NCBI GenBank assembly: GCA_035375865.1
Contig: DAOSQO010000003.1
Span: 677 to 32,676 of the forward strand
Source: Bacillota bacterium
GTDB lineage: Bacteria > Bacillota > Clostridia > Lutisporales > Lutisporaceae
Direction: 5' to 3'
Length of the DNA: 32,000 nucleotides
Under the pieces are notes generated by a model. The model was not told the DNA's origin, did no database searches, and saw only the letters and a program-made list of their open reading frames with translations. The position numbers were made by a program, and so were the translations under genes. Below are positions 15,625-23,364 of the stretch, in pieces; position 1 is the stretch's first letter; each line of letters opens with the position of its first letter.

Positions 15625-16644
15625 ATGAACTATTCAGAGATTTTAGAAAATGCCAGAACCAATTTGAACGGCTCCTGCAGAGTCTGCCCCGTATGCAACG
15701 GCAAAGCGTGTACCGGAGAAATTCCAGGAATGGGCGGAAAAGGCACAGGAGAGTCCTTTTTTGAAAATGTAGAAGCACTAAAAAGGTATAAGCTTAATAT
15801 GAGGGTTTTGCATAGCTGCAAGGACCCTGATACTTCCATAAGGCTGTTCGGAAAGAAGATGCGGATTCCTGTTTTCGCGGCTCCCGTTGCGGGTACGGCA
15901 TTTAACTTGGGCGGAAAGTTCACCGAGGAAGAATATATTTCGTGGATAACCAAAGGCTCCCTTGAAGGCGGAATTTACCCAATGGTTGGAGATGGCGCCC
16001 ATGACGCCCTTTTTGTCATTAATCTTAAGGAGCTTCAAAATGCGGGAGGAAATGGAATCCCAATTATTAAACCCTGGGAAAATGAGCGGGTTATTGAAAA
16101 AATACGCATGGCTGAAACGGCAGAGGTTTTTGCGGTGGGTATGGATATAGATGCAGCAGGGCTCATAACCCTTGCACTCCATGGTAAACCCGTTGGGCCA
16201 AAATCAGTGGAAGACATAAGACAAATTTGCAGAAGTACAGAGCTTCCTTTCATCTTAAAAGGAATTATGACTCCGGATGAGGCGGAGCTGGCAGTTGAGG
16301 CCGGTGTCGCTGCAATAGTAGTTTCTAATCATGGAGGCAGGGCACTGGATCATACCCCAGGAGTGGCAGATGTACTGCCTGAAATCGCTAAAAAAGTAAA
16401 AGGAAAAATAGCGATACTGGCAGACGGCGGCATAAGAAGCGGAGTAGATGTTCTTAAGATGCTTGCCTTGGGAGCCGATGCAGTCTTGATAGGAAGGCCT
16501 TTTGTCCCGGCAGCCTTCGGCGGACAATCAGAAGGGGTAAAAATCTATATAGACAACATAGCAGCCGATTTAAAGTCCGCCATGATACTTACCGGCTGTA
16601 ATTCCATCGGAGATATCAGCAGCAGGATTCTGTTCGAAGGTTAA
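15625..16644 (+). CDS. FMN-dependent alpha-hydroxy-acid oxidase/dehydrogenase family protein with an N-terminal Cys4 motif
   Basis: TIM-barrel FMN motifs: ILKGI, VVSNHGGRALD, ADGGIRSGVDVLKMLALGA. The unusual N-terminal CRVCPVCNGKAC has the spacing C-x2-C-x2-C-x4-C. Confidence 0.85.
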   Translation: MNYSEILENARTNLNGSCRVCPVCNGKACTGEIPGMGGKGTGESFFENVEALKRYKLNMRVLHSCKDPDTSIRLFGKKMRIPVFAAPVAGTAFNLGGKFTEEEYISWITKGSLEGGIYPMVGDGAHDALFVINLKELQNAGGNGIPIIKPWENERVIEKIRMAETAEVFAVGMDIDAAGLITLALHGKPVGPKSVEDIRQICRSTELPFILKGIMTPDEAELAVEAGVAAIVVSNHGGRALDHTPGVADVLPEIAKKVKGKIAILADGGIRSGVDVLKMLALGADAVLIGRPFVPAAFGGQSEGVKIYIDNIAADLKSAMILTGCNSIGDISSRILFEG

Positions 16645-16688
16645 CAAATATGGGTAAGGGCTAAATTTAAGGCAATAGATTATATCGG

Positions 16689-16901
16689 AGGCAGCCTATG
16701 TATAGACAAAGCATCATTATACAGAAATTGTCAATGACACTTGTGAACTGAGCCTTAGAAATAACCGCGTGCGAGGCATTGAGGCCGAGCAAGCTTACTC
16801 GGGTCAAGGATGGCCCGTTGGAAGCGTCCGGTTTTTCTTGGCGAAGTAAATTAGTGGAATCAATTTTTGTATACGCATACGTGGCTATACACAGGCTGCC
16901 T
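16689..16901. repeat. 213-nt element closed by inverted repeats, with a GC-rich core (candidate structured sRNA or MITE-like element)
   Basis: Outer inverted repeat AGGCAGCCTATGTATAG / CTATACACAGGCTGCCT (16 of 17 paired). Inner inverted repeat TATACAGAAATTG (16718-30) / CAATTTTTGTATA (16861-73) (12 of 13 paired). The core is markedly more GC-rich than its flanks. It lies between convergent genes. Confidence 0.35.
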
Positions 16902-16966
16902 TAATATTTACACTCTTGTTTGCAAAAGTCTACTTATAAATCCACATACGCAAGATATTCGGATCT

Positions 16967-17872
16967 TCACATTTCTCTTATTTTATCGAAATAATCCCTC
17001 AGATTTCTTGGACCCGCCAGCACTTCCCTTCCTATGAACAATGTGCCGTCGTCTTTTGCCCTGATATTCCATTTAACAAGAATTATGCAGCCATTATCAA
17101 TTTCTAATCCTGTTATGCACCTGGGATGAACGCAGCTTCCATCATTAAAATACGGCGGCTCGTCTGTTTCAGGAAACATTGGCCTGTGGGTATGACCGGA
17201 AATAAGCATACTTTTTTCTCTTATTACCCATTTAACAAGCCTTTTTTCTATAGTTTCCTTTTTCTTATAATTTTTCGCTGTCCTTGTCGGGTCGTTTACC
17301 CCAAACATAGTAAGAGGCCTCCATAAGTATCTGACCAGAAATCTGGATATCTTCCATAGTCTGTGATTCATACAGTCTGCCTGGTGTCCATGGATTAAGA
17401 GAATTTTATCACCTGTAGGCTTATACCTTAGAACCATCCCCTCATGAATCCTTATGTTTCTGAATAAAGGAAAAAATGTTTTCTCTGCTTCATCATAGTA
17501 TTGATATAAATTGCCTTTTACAAATCTATTATCTTTCTTCACCATATCATGATTCCCATAAATCAGATAAAGCCTGCCCTCCTTGTAAAATCCGGACAGA
17601 AGCCAGAAAACGTCGGAATGGGCCTGCTTGATATCCGAAAGACTTTTGTTTTCCCAAAGCTCGTCTCCATCGCCGATTTCTATATAAGTATAGTCTTTTC
17701 TATAATAATAGGTTAAAGCAGCGAAATAAAGGTTTTGATTCCTGGAAAAATCATCTGCCCAGTTTCCATCACCCCTGTGGCAATCACTCATTAAAATGAT
17801 CTTAGAAGAGTCATCGAAGAGTACTTGCTGTGCTGTTTCAGAAATTTGGGATATGCGCTTCTCTGTCTTCAT
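16967..17872 (-). CDS. Calcineurin-like metallophosphoesterase
   Basis: Motifs: SDCHRGDG, GDGDELWE, GNHD, IHGHQ, GHTHRP. The ATG at 17872 (MKTEKR) is best spaced from GAGGGAG. The track ORF begins at 17896. Confidence 0.8.
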   Translation of the reverse strand: MKTEKRISQISETAQQVLFDDSSKIILMSDCHRGDGNWADDFSRNQNLYFAALTYYYRKDYTYIEIGDGDELWENKSLSDIKQAHSDVFWLLSGFYKEGRLYLIYGNHDMVKKDNRFVKGNLYQYYDEAEKTFFPLFRNIRIHEGMVLRYKPTGDKILLIHGHQADCMNHRLWKISRFLVRYLWRPLTMFGVNDPTRTAKNYKKKETIEKRLVKWVIREKSMLISGHTHRPMFPETDEPPYFNDGSCVHPRCITGLEIDNGCIILVKWNIRAKDDGTLFIGREVLAGPRNLRDYFDKIREM

Positions 17873-17945
17873 CTTCATTCTCCCTCGCCAATACATTAGC
17901 CCCTCATATAAGGTATTCGGTCAAAGAAGAATTTGAAGCTTATCT

Positions 17946-17982
17946 GTAATAAAAAGGGACAGAGTACCTGTCTCCCTGTCCC
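17946..17982 (-). terminator. Rho-independent terminator after the 59-aa gene
   Basis: On the minus strand: GGGACAG ... CTGTCCC followed by TTTTTATT. Confidence 0.55.
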
Positions 17983-18161
17983 TATTTCTTAATCTCCCAA
18001 TAACACCGCTTCGGAGAAACTATTTTTTCCTCCTTCTTAAGCTCGCTCATTACTTTGTCGACTTCTTTCCTTTCTATACCGGTTGCAGTTGCGACCTGTC
18101 CCGCATTTACCGGTTTGTCTGCATTGTTGAAGTATTCCAGTATTACCTTATAATTATCCAT
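17982..18161 (-). CDS. Small winged-helix/HTH protein (59 aa). Below the ORF-track size cutoff.
   Basis: Own translation: MDNYKVILEYFNNADKPVNAGQVATATGIERKEVDKVMSELKKEEKIVSPKRCYWEIKK. Strong GGAGGA RBS 6 nt upstream. Followed by a terminator. Confidence 0.6.
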   Translation of the reverse strand: MDNYKVILEYFNNADKPVNAGQVATATGIERKEVDKVMSELKKEEKIVSPKRCYWEIKK

Positions 18162-18224
18162 TTTTCATCCTCCTTTTCTTTATTCCGTGTCTTATTATAT
18201 ATTATGACAACAGCAGGCTGCAGT

Positions 18225-18908
18225 CTACAAAAGCATCAATCTTTCTATCTCCAGCGGCTCAACCCTGCGCCCATTTTTGTAGGCCCTCATATTTCCTCCC
18301 GAAATCTCATCGATAAGAGCAATATGGTTATCTTCCCCTATTCTTCCGAATTCAAACTTTATATCATATAGATCCAACCCTTTTTGGGATAGTTCATCTT
18401 TAACAAATGCGGCAATCTTTTGGGTTAATCCCTTTAATATCTTATATTCGTCTTTTGATAGTATCCCAAGCATATCCAAAGCATCTTCGGTAATAGGCGG
18501 ATCATTTCTTTCATCATCCTTAAGGGTAACCTCCACAAGTCCGTCCAGATCCTGCCCTTCTTCAGCGTACTTCCCATAGCGCTTATAGAAGCTTCCTACT
18601 GCCTTGTAGCGGCATATGAACTCCAATCCTTCCCCAAATACTGAAGCCCTTTTTACAGTCATAGCGCCGGCTTCTATATCAGCATTTATGTAATGTGTGG
18701 GAATCCCAAGCTTATTCAGCTTTTCATAGAAGTATTTTGTCAGCCTGAGGCCGGCTTTGCCTGCCCCTTCAATTCTCAGTCCGACAGTATTTGCGCCCGG
18801 ATCAAACACCCCATTTTCTCCGGTAACATCATCCTTGAATTTCAGTAAATAGTCTCCATTCTCCAAAGCAAATACATCTTTCGTTTTTCCGATATAAATC
18901 AGGTTCAT
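18225..18908 (-). CDS. purC: Phosphoribosylaminoimidazole-succinocarboxamide (SAICAR) synthase
   Basis: Typical PurC N-terminus IYIGKTKDVF...LKFKDDVTG, and length of 227 aa. Confidence 0.85.
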   Translation of the reverse strand: MNLIYIGKTKDVFALENGDYLLKFKDDVTGENGVFDPGANTVGLRIEGAGKAGLRLTKYFYEKLNKLGIPTHYINADIEAGAMTVKRASVFGEGLEFICRYKAVGSFYKRYGKYAEEGQDLDGLVEVTLKDDERNDPPITEDALDMLGILSKDEYKILKGLTQKIAAFVKDELSQKGLDLYDIKFEFGRIGEDNHIALIDEISGGNMRAYKNGRRVEPLEIERLMLL

Positions 18909-19051
18909 AGCAAAACTCCCTTCTCATTCTATAGTCTATTACAAAATTTCAGTGTCTTGATAATACCATATCTTTCGCATGAAAAAAAGCGGTTGATGGA
19001 AGCACAGAGGAGTTAAGCCCACCTTAACCCCTCAGATTGTATTATTCCCAT

Positions 19052-19141
19052 TTATGTATATTTCTTTTTTTCTTTCTTTACTTTATCCGCTTTTGGTTTC
19101 TTCTTCTCCTCGCCCTTCGGTTTCGGATTCTTATTGCCCAT
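19052..19141 (-). CDS. Possible 29-aa lysine-rich micro-protein
   Basis: Own translation: MGNKNPKPKGEEKKKPKADKVKKEKKKYT. GGAGGGA RBS 7 nt upstream. A TATAAT box lies upstream. An 11-bp hairpin at 19007-19033 lies downstream. Confidence 0.35.
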   Translation of the reverse strand: MGNKNPKPKGEEKKKPKADKVKKEKKKYT

Positions 19142-19200
19142 TTTATTCCCTCCTAAATAATCTCAATTAATATTATACAACAGTTACAAAAGATATAACA

Positions 19201-19234
19201 GCAAAATAAGAGTCAAAGGGATGGTACCTTTGAC
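19201..19234 (-). terminator. Rho-independent terminator immediately after cysK
   Basis: On the minus strand: GTCAAAGG-taccatc-CCTTTGAC followed by TCTTATTTTGC. Confidence 0.7.
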
Positions 19235-20137
19235 CTATATCAGGGACGTACTGAAATACCTTTCAACTCTGTCAGGCAAAACAGTCACAACATTCTTGTC
19301 TTTGCCGTACTTCTGTGCAATTTTCATAGAGGCCCAGACATTGGCGCCTGAAGAGGTTCCTGTGAGAATGCCCTGCACTTTAGCCAAATCCCTTGCCATA
19401 CCGATTGCATCATCATCCGTAACCTGAATCACTCCGTCTATAAGGCTTACATCCAGGACTTTTGGGATAAAGCCGTCACCGATTCCCTGAATCTTGTGCA
19501 ATCCCGGCTCATGCCCAAGGAGTGCAGATACGTTTTTAGGTTCTACCGCAATTATCCTGGCCTTCGGGTTCTTTTCCTTAATAAACCTGCCGACTCCTCC
19601 CAGGGTTCCCCCGCTGCCCAGCCCCGAAACGAAAAAATCAACCTTGCCCTTCATCTGTTTCCAGATTTCCGGAGCTGTAGTAAGATAATGAATTTCAGGG
19701 TTATCGGGGTTTTCAAACTGCTGCGGAACAAAAATATTCGGGTCTCCTGCCTTGCGTCTTTCTACTTCCGACACCGAACCGCCAATGCTTTCTTCGGCAT
19801 TGGTAAGGATTAGTTCCGCCCCTAACGCCAATATAATCTTTTTTCTCTCCTCACTCATATTTTCCGGCATAACAATTGCCACCTTATATCCTTTTTGGAC
19901 GCCGACCAGAGCCATGCCTATCCCGGTATTGCCTGAAGTAGGTTCCATGATTGTCATACCTGGTTTTAATACTCCCCTCTTTTCCGCCTGTTCAATCATA
20001 TGTTTCGCGACCCTGTCTTTGATACTCCCGCCGGGATTCAGGTATTCTGCTTTGGCAAAGATATTCGACCCTGTCAATTTATTCAGGCTTACCAACGGCG
20101 TGTTGCCGATGATATCCAGTATGCTTGCGGTTATCAT
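19235..20137 (-). CDS. cysK: Cysteine synthase A (O-acetylserine sulfhydrylase), PLP-dependent
   Basis: Motifs: EYLNPGGSIKDRVA (PLP lysine), SGNTGIG, GSGGTLGGVG. Confidence 0.9.
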   Translation of the reverse strand: MITASILDIIGNTPLVSLNKLTGSNIFAKAEYLNPGGSIKDRVAKHMIEQAEKRGVLKPGMTIMEPTSGNTGIGMALVGVQKGYKVAIVMPENMSEERKKIILALGAELILTNAEESIGGSVSEVERRKAGDPNIFVPQQFENPDNPEIHYLTTAPEIWKQMKGKVDFFVSGLGSGGTLGGVGRFIKEKNPKARIIAVEPKNVSALLGHEPGLHKIQGIGDGFIPKVLDVSLIDGVIQVTDDDAIGMARDLAKVQGILTGTSSGANVWASMKIAQKYGKDKNVVTVLPDRVERYFSTSLI

Positions 20138-20170
20138 ATTATCTACCCTTTCATATAATTAATAATTCTC

Positions 20171-20179
20171 ATTATATCA
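20171..20179 (-). promoter_or_regulatory. Extended -10 promoter (TGaTATAAT) for cysK
   Basis: The minus strand reads TGATATAAT about 35 nt upstream of ATG 20137. Confidence 0.45.
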
Positions 20180-20276
20180 TATTCATACTGCCGCGAAATG
20201 CATTCATATCATCAATCGTACGATAATATACACCCGTCACAGCCATTGTCATTATCGGCATTTCATAGAAAAACAA

Positions 20277-21242
20277 TCACTTTTGATATAGCTCATCAAT
20301 CTCGGAAACAATGCTCTTATCAGGGAAAAGCCGGTCAAACTTTTCTGGCATTCTATCCTTATAGTAAGAAAACCTGACATTTGGACAGTCGACAAAAGCC
20401 CCCTCCGAGAGGCTGCTGAAAGATTTTCCGATGGTTATATTTGTAAGCCGCGGGCAGGATATAAAAGCGTTATCTAAAATGGCTCCGCACTCGTCGCTCA
20501 TCACAATGCTCTCCAGATTCCGGCAGTTGTGGAAGGCAAATCCCCCGATAATTTGAACAGATTCGGGAAGCTTCACCTCTATTCCATTTCCGTGATACTT
20601 TCTAAGCAAGCCATGATCAATTTCAAAATCCTCTTCCGGAAAAAACGCAATTGATCCGGTGAAAACCTTCTCAAGTTCCTTCTTTGTAGATGAATTCAGG
20701 TGGCATTGAGTTGGAGTGACCGTGCGTTTTACTGCCGGCTTCAGCACCGTTTCAAAGGAATATGTGTATTTGCGTCTGAAGGATTCATCGTCCATATTGT
20801 ACTTAAGAATTGCCTGCTTTGAGCCCATCTGGAGCTGAAGCCCCGGCGTCAATGCAGTATTTTTAGTATATATCGCGATAAAAGGCAGTTTTTTTGACAG
20901 TGCAAAGTTGATCTCGTTGCGCACATTGAGCGAACCAGCAGCTGCAGGCGTTATGAAAACTACAAACAGCGAACAGCGATCCAGTGCATTGGCTATCTCC
21001 TCCGGCCACTCGATGCCGGGTTCAATTCCTTCATCGTACCAAACATTGTAACCCATGTCGTTGAATTCCGAAATAATGGGATACACCGCTGGGGAATCCA
21101 CATGAGCATAGCTTATGAACATATAAGGCTCTTTGCCTTTGTACGCGGGAAACGGTATACCGGACACACTGTCGTAGTGTGTTGCTGACGGCGTTTCTAC
21201 CTGGACATTTTTTTTGTTTCTTAACTTATCAAATATACCCAT
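20277..21242 (-). CDS. TIR-domain protein with C-terminal BspA-type leucine-rich repeats
   Basis: TIR core approximately aa 38-150: PYMFISYAHVDS...YNVWYDEGIEPGIEWPEEIANALDRCSLFVVFITPAAAGSLNVRNEINFAL, with candidate catalytic Glu at residue 110. The C-terminus carries LRR_5-like repeats (LPESVQIIGGFAFHNCRNLESIVM...ILDNAFISCPRLTNITIGKSFSSLSEGAFVDCPNV). AGGAG RBS. Starts 13 nt after the upstream stop. Confidence 0.8.
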   Translation of the reverse strand: MGIFDKLRNKKNVQVETPSATHYDSVSGIPFPAYKGKEPYMFISYAHVDSPAVYPIISEFNDMGYNVWYDEGIEPGIEWPEEIANALDRCSLFVVFITPAAAGSLNVRNEINFALSKKLPFIAIYTKNTALTPGLQLQMGSKQAILKYNMDDESFRRKYTYSFETVLKPAVKRTVTPTQCHLNSSTKKELEKVFTGSIAFFPEEDFEIDHGLLRKYHGNGIEVKLPESVQIIGGFAFHNCRNLESIVMSDECGAILDNAFISCPRLTNITIGKSFSSLSEGAFVDCPNVRFSYYKDRMPEKFDRLFPDKSIVSEIDELYQK

Positions 21243-21255
21243 ATCCTAAACTCCT

Positions 21256-22983
21256 TTACTTTTTGTAAACGGCCATACCGATCCGCTCCAGCAGCAGGGG
21301 GATATTCTGCACCGGATCTCGGTCCAGCTGCTTGATATCCTCCGGTAGTTTATCATAGGGCACAAGATACGGCGTGGTCTTTTTCTCAGCATCTGCATGA
21401 TCTCCTGCCACCCATCCGGATGCGATCCGCTCAGCCATCCAGGCTTCATGTTCCTGCTCTGCAAGATACTCTACATATTCTTCCGGTATGCTCCTGACAG
21501 GATAATCGCTGCCCGCCGGGCCCATTACAAAGCCCATTTGGCGTAATTTCTCAGGTATATCCATGGCCTGACGCAGATTTGAATATTTCAATGAATCCGT
21601 CAGTTTATCAAAACCAGGATACTTGAGAGGTTTACCGGGGTAGCGTTCCAGTTGCTTTTCATTATATAGCTCGTGTATGGCCCGTGCTAATTTTTCAATA
21701 TCCTTAAGCTCAGGACGTGGTGTGATCTCATCGCCCGGTTCAGGCAGGACCGGCTTTTTCACTGATTTACAATGAACAGCAACACCATCGAACAGTGCAT
21801 CCAAATCCAGCAGCTTAAATAGAAGCTTTTTCTTTTCACGGGAAAAATCGGCTGGTAAGGATCCATTATGTGTGATTAAGGTCAAAGTAAGTTTCTCATC
21901 AGTCACTTCCAAGCCGGCCTCTGCGGCAAGGGTTCTGAGTTTGTCCTTGATCCCATAAGCTTTTCGGTTCCACTCCTGTAACTCATCACAGAGTATGAGC
22001 AGAAAAGCTATTGGATGGGTGTTTGGAGCAAGCGCACTGAGATTGAATGGTTTTTTCATCATCATGTTTTTATAGCAGTTATGCAGAAGTATTGCACTGG
22101 CACTGTCCAGCACCGGCCAGAAGAAATATTCAGGCTTATATTTTGCTGACTGAATAAGGTAACCATACCACTTCAGCACTATTATTGAACTGTAATAACC
22201 GTGATCAATAAATCCGAATCGTGCCATAACATTTACGAAGTCGTCCAGAGCAAATTTCATATCCTTCAAATCAACGCCCAGTGATGTATGCAGCTTGTGC
22301 GCCAGCAGGTCAACGGGTTTGAGCATGTCGATATAAACACTGTCCTCATAGTGGTCAAAGTAGCATTTCGTAAAAACCCGCTTAGGTATGATCTCAGATA
22401 TTCGGTTGAGCTCCTGAAAATTTTCAAAAGAAAGCTGCACGATGACCGGTTTCTCTTTGTCGCCCACGGCTGTGGCAAAATCTATGAATTTGTTGATTTG
22501 TCGGCCGACTATTTCTACCGGATAACCCACGTCATGGAAAAGGGAGGCAAGACCCCAGCGGTAGTAAAATTCCTCGTTCCTGGTATCGTAAGAAAATGGA
22601 TACTCCTTCTTGTTCATCACTGTTTGTTCAAAGGCAGAGCGGAACCTGGCATTGCCTGCATAAATGCTAAGACCAAGAAGGAAGACATTGACGGAATGGA
22701 TATAATGGTCCCGCTGCCTGTCGATAAGGACGGCGGCATTTTCCTCATAGCTTTTCAGTACATCCAGCAGGTCGATAAACGGGTTTGAACTACCCTTGAG
22801 CGTAATTCGGTAACTGTCAAAAAATGCTCTGTATACGGCAAATGCCGTTTCTTTTGTTTCGTTGTCAAAAAATTCGCGGATGGCTTGGCGCATGAAGATC
22901 TTATAGCAATGCCCACGTTCTGTATCTTCAAAAACTTCAAGCTCATCAAAAAACTTTTCAACACATTTTCGCATATCATTCAT
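21256..22983 (-). CDS. HD-superfamily-like phosphohydrolase domain fused to two C-terminal RyR (ryanodine-receptor-type) repeats
   Basis: N-terminal half: RDHYIHSVNVFLLGLSIY ... ASLFHDVGYP ... FIDHGYYSS ... LILCDELQEW, giving an H..HS / HD / H / D pattern. C-terminal repeats: LARAIHELYNEK...LKYSNLRQAMDIPEKLRQMGF and LAEQEHEAWMAERIASGWVAGD...TTPYLVPYDKLPEDIKQLDRDPVQNIPLLLERIGMAV (RyR-domain signature). Confidence 0.7.
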   Translation of the reverse strand: MNDMRKCVEKFFDELEVFEDTERGHCYKIFMRQAIREFFDNETKETAFAVYRAFFDSYRITLKGSSNPFIDLLDVLKSYEENAAVLIDRQRDHYIHSVNVFLLGLSIYAGNARFRSAFEQTVMNKKEYPFSYDTRNEEFYYRWGLASLFHDVGYPVEIVGRQINKFIDFATAVGDKEKPVIVQLSFENFQELNRISEIIPKRVFTKCYFDHYEDSVYIDMLKPVDLLAHKLHTSLGVDLKDMKFALDDFVNVMARFGFIDHGYYSSIIVLKWYGYLIQSAKYKPEYFFWPVLDSASAILLHNCYKNMMMKKPFNLSALAPNTHPIAFLLILCDELQEWNRKAYGIKDKLRTLAAEAGLEVTDEKLTLTLITHNGSLPADFSREKKKLLFKLLDLDALFDGVAVHCKSVKKPVLPEPGDEITPRPELKDIEKLARAIHELYNEKQLERYPGKPLKYPGFDKLTDSLKYSNLRQAMDIPEKLRQMGFVMGPAGSDYPVRSIPEEYVEYLAEQEHEAWMAERIASGWVAGDHADAEKKTTPYLVPYDKLPEDIKQLDRDPVQNIPLLLERIGMAVYKK

Positions 22984-23171
22984 TTATACCGCCCTCGCAT
23001 TCTCTTTCGTTTGTTGTTCTTAAGTTCAACTGTTTGCTTTCACAGATACTCAAAATCAACTTCTTTAATGCCGTTCTATATCATCAACAAAAACCTTCCT
23101 GCGATATTTAGAACACCCTTGCAAAAATACACAACATTGTTGTTTGATTTAAGTCTAATATTCATATTTGT

Positions 23172-23200
23172 ATCATACCATCACGATTTGTCTAATACAA
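23172..23200 (-). promoter_or_regulatory. Candidate sigma-A promoter for the HD/RyR-TIR cassette
   Basis: On the minus strand: TTGTAT, 17-nt spacer, TATGAT, with TGg immediately upstream of the -10. This implies a leader of about 180 nt. Confidence 0.4.
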
Positions 23201-23221
23201 GAACAAAGGCGGCTTCGCCGC
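23195..23221 (-). terminator. Small GC hairpin plus U-rich tail
   Basis: On the minus strand: GCGGC-gaa-GCCGC followed by CTTTGTTCTTG. It abuts the candidate -35. Confidence 0.35.
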
Positions 23222-23283
23222 ATTTGCCGCCCATGCGCCTTTTTCGAGTATGCGAGAAAAATATGGCGCGGGCACTTAAATCA

Positions 23284-23334
23284 AGGTTTTTTATTGTATA
23301 GGAAAGTTATACTTTCCTATACAATAAAAAACCT
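23284..23334. repeat. Perfect 51-bp palindrome (24-bp arms, 3-nt centre)
   Basis: AGGTTTTTTATTGTATAGGAAAGT-tat-ACTTTCCTATACAATAAAAAACCT. Every arm position pairs. Confidence 0.95.
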
Positions 23335-23364
23335 ATTGAAAAACGTCGAGGTTTCCAATAGGTT
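23330..23364 (-). terminator. Hairpin overlapping the palindrome arm. On the minus strand it is followed by a U-run.
   Basis: AACCTATTG ... CAATAGGTT (9 bp). The minus-strand tail TTTTTTATTG is the palindrome's arm. Confidence 0.4.

Noticed and set aside
18909-19010. A possible purine or ZTP riboswitch in front of purC (fragments GAUAUGG and GACUAUAG).
   Set aside because: The P2/P3 helices and the conserved CCGUAAAU-type junction of the purine riboswitch are absent, and no ZTP pseudoknot core is present.
21246-22979. Alternative-frame and antisense ORFs inside the HD/RyR gene (21246-21464, 22266-22478, 22288-22788, 22755-22979).
   Set aside because: They overlap a 575-aa ORF with recognisable domains, and have no RBS or motifs.
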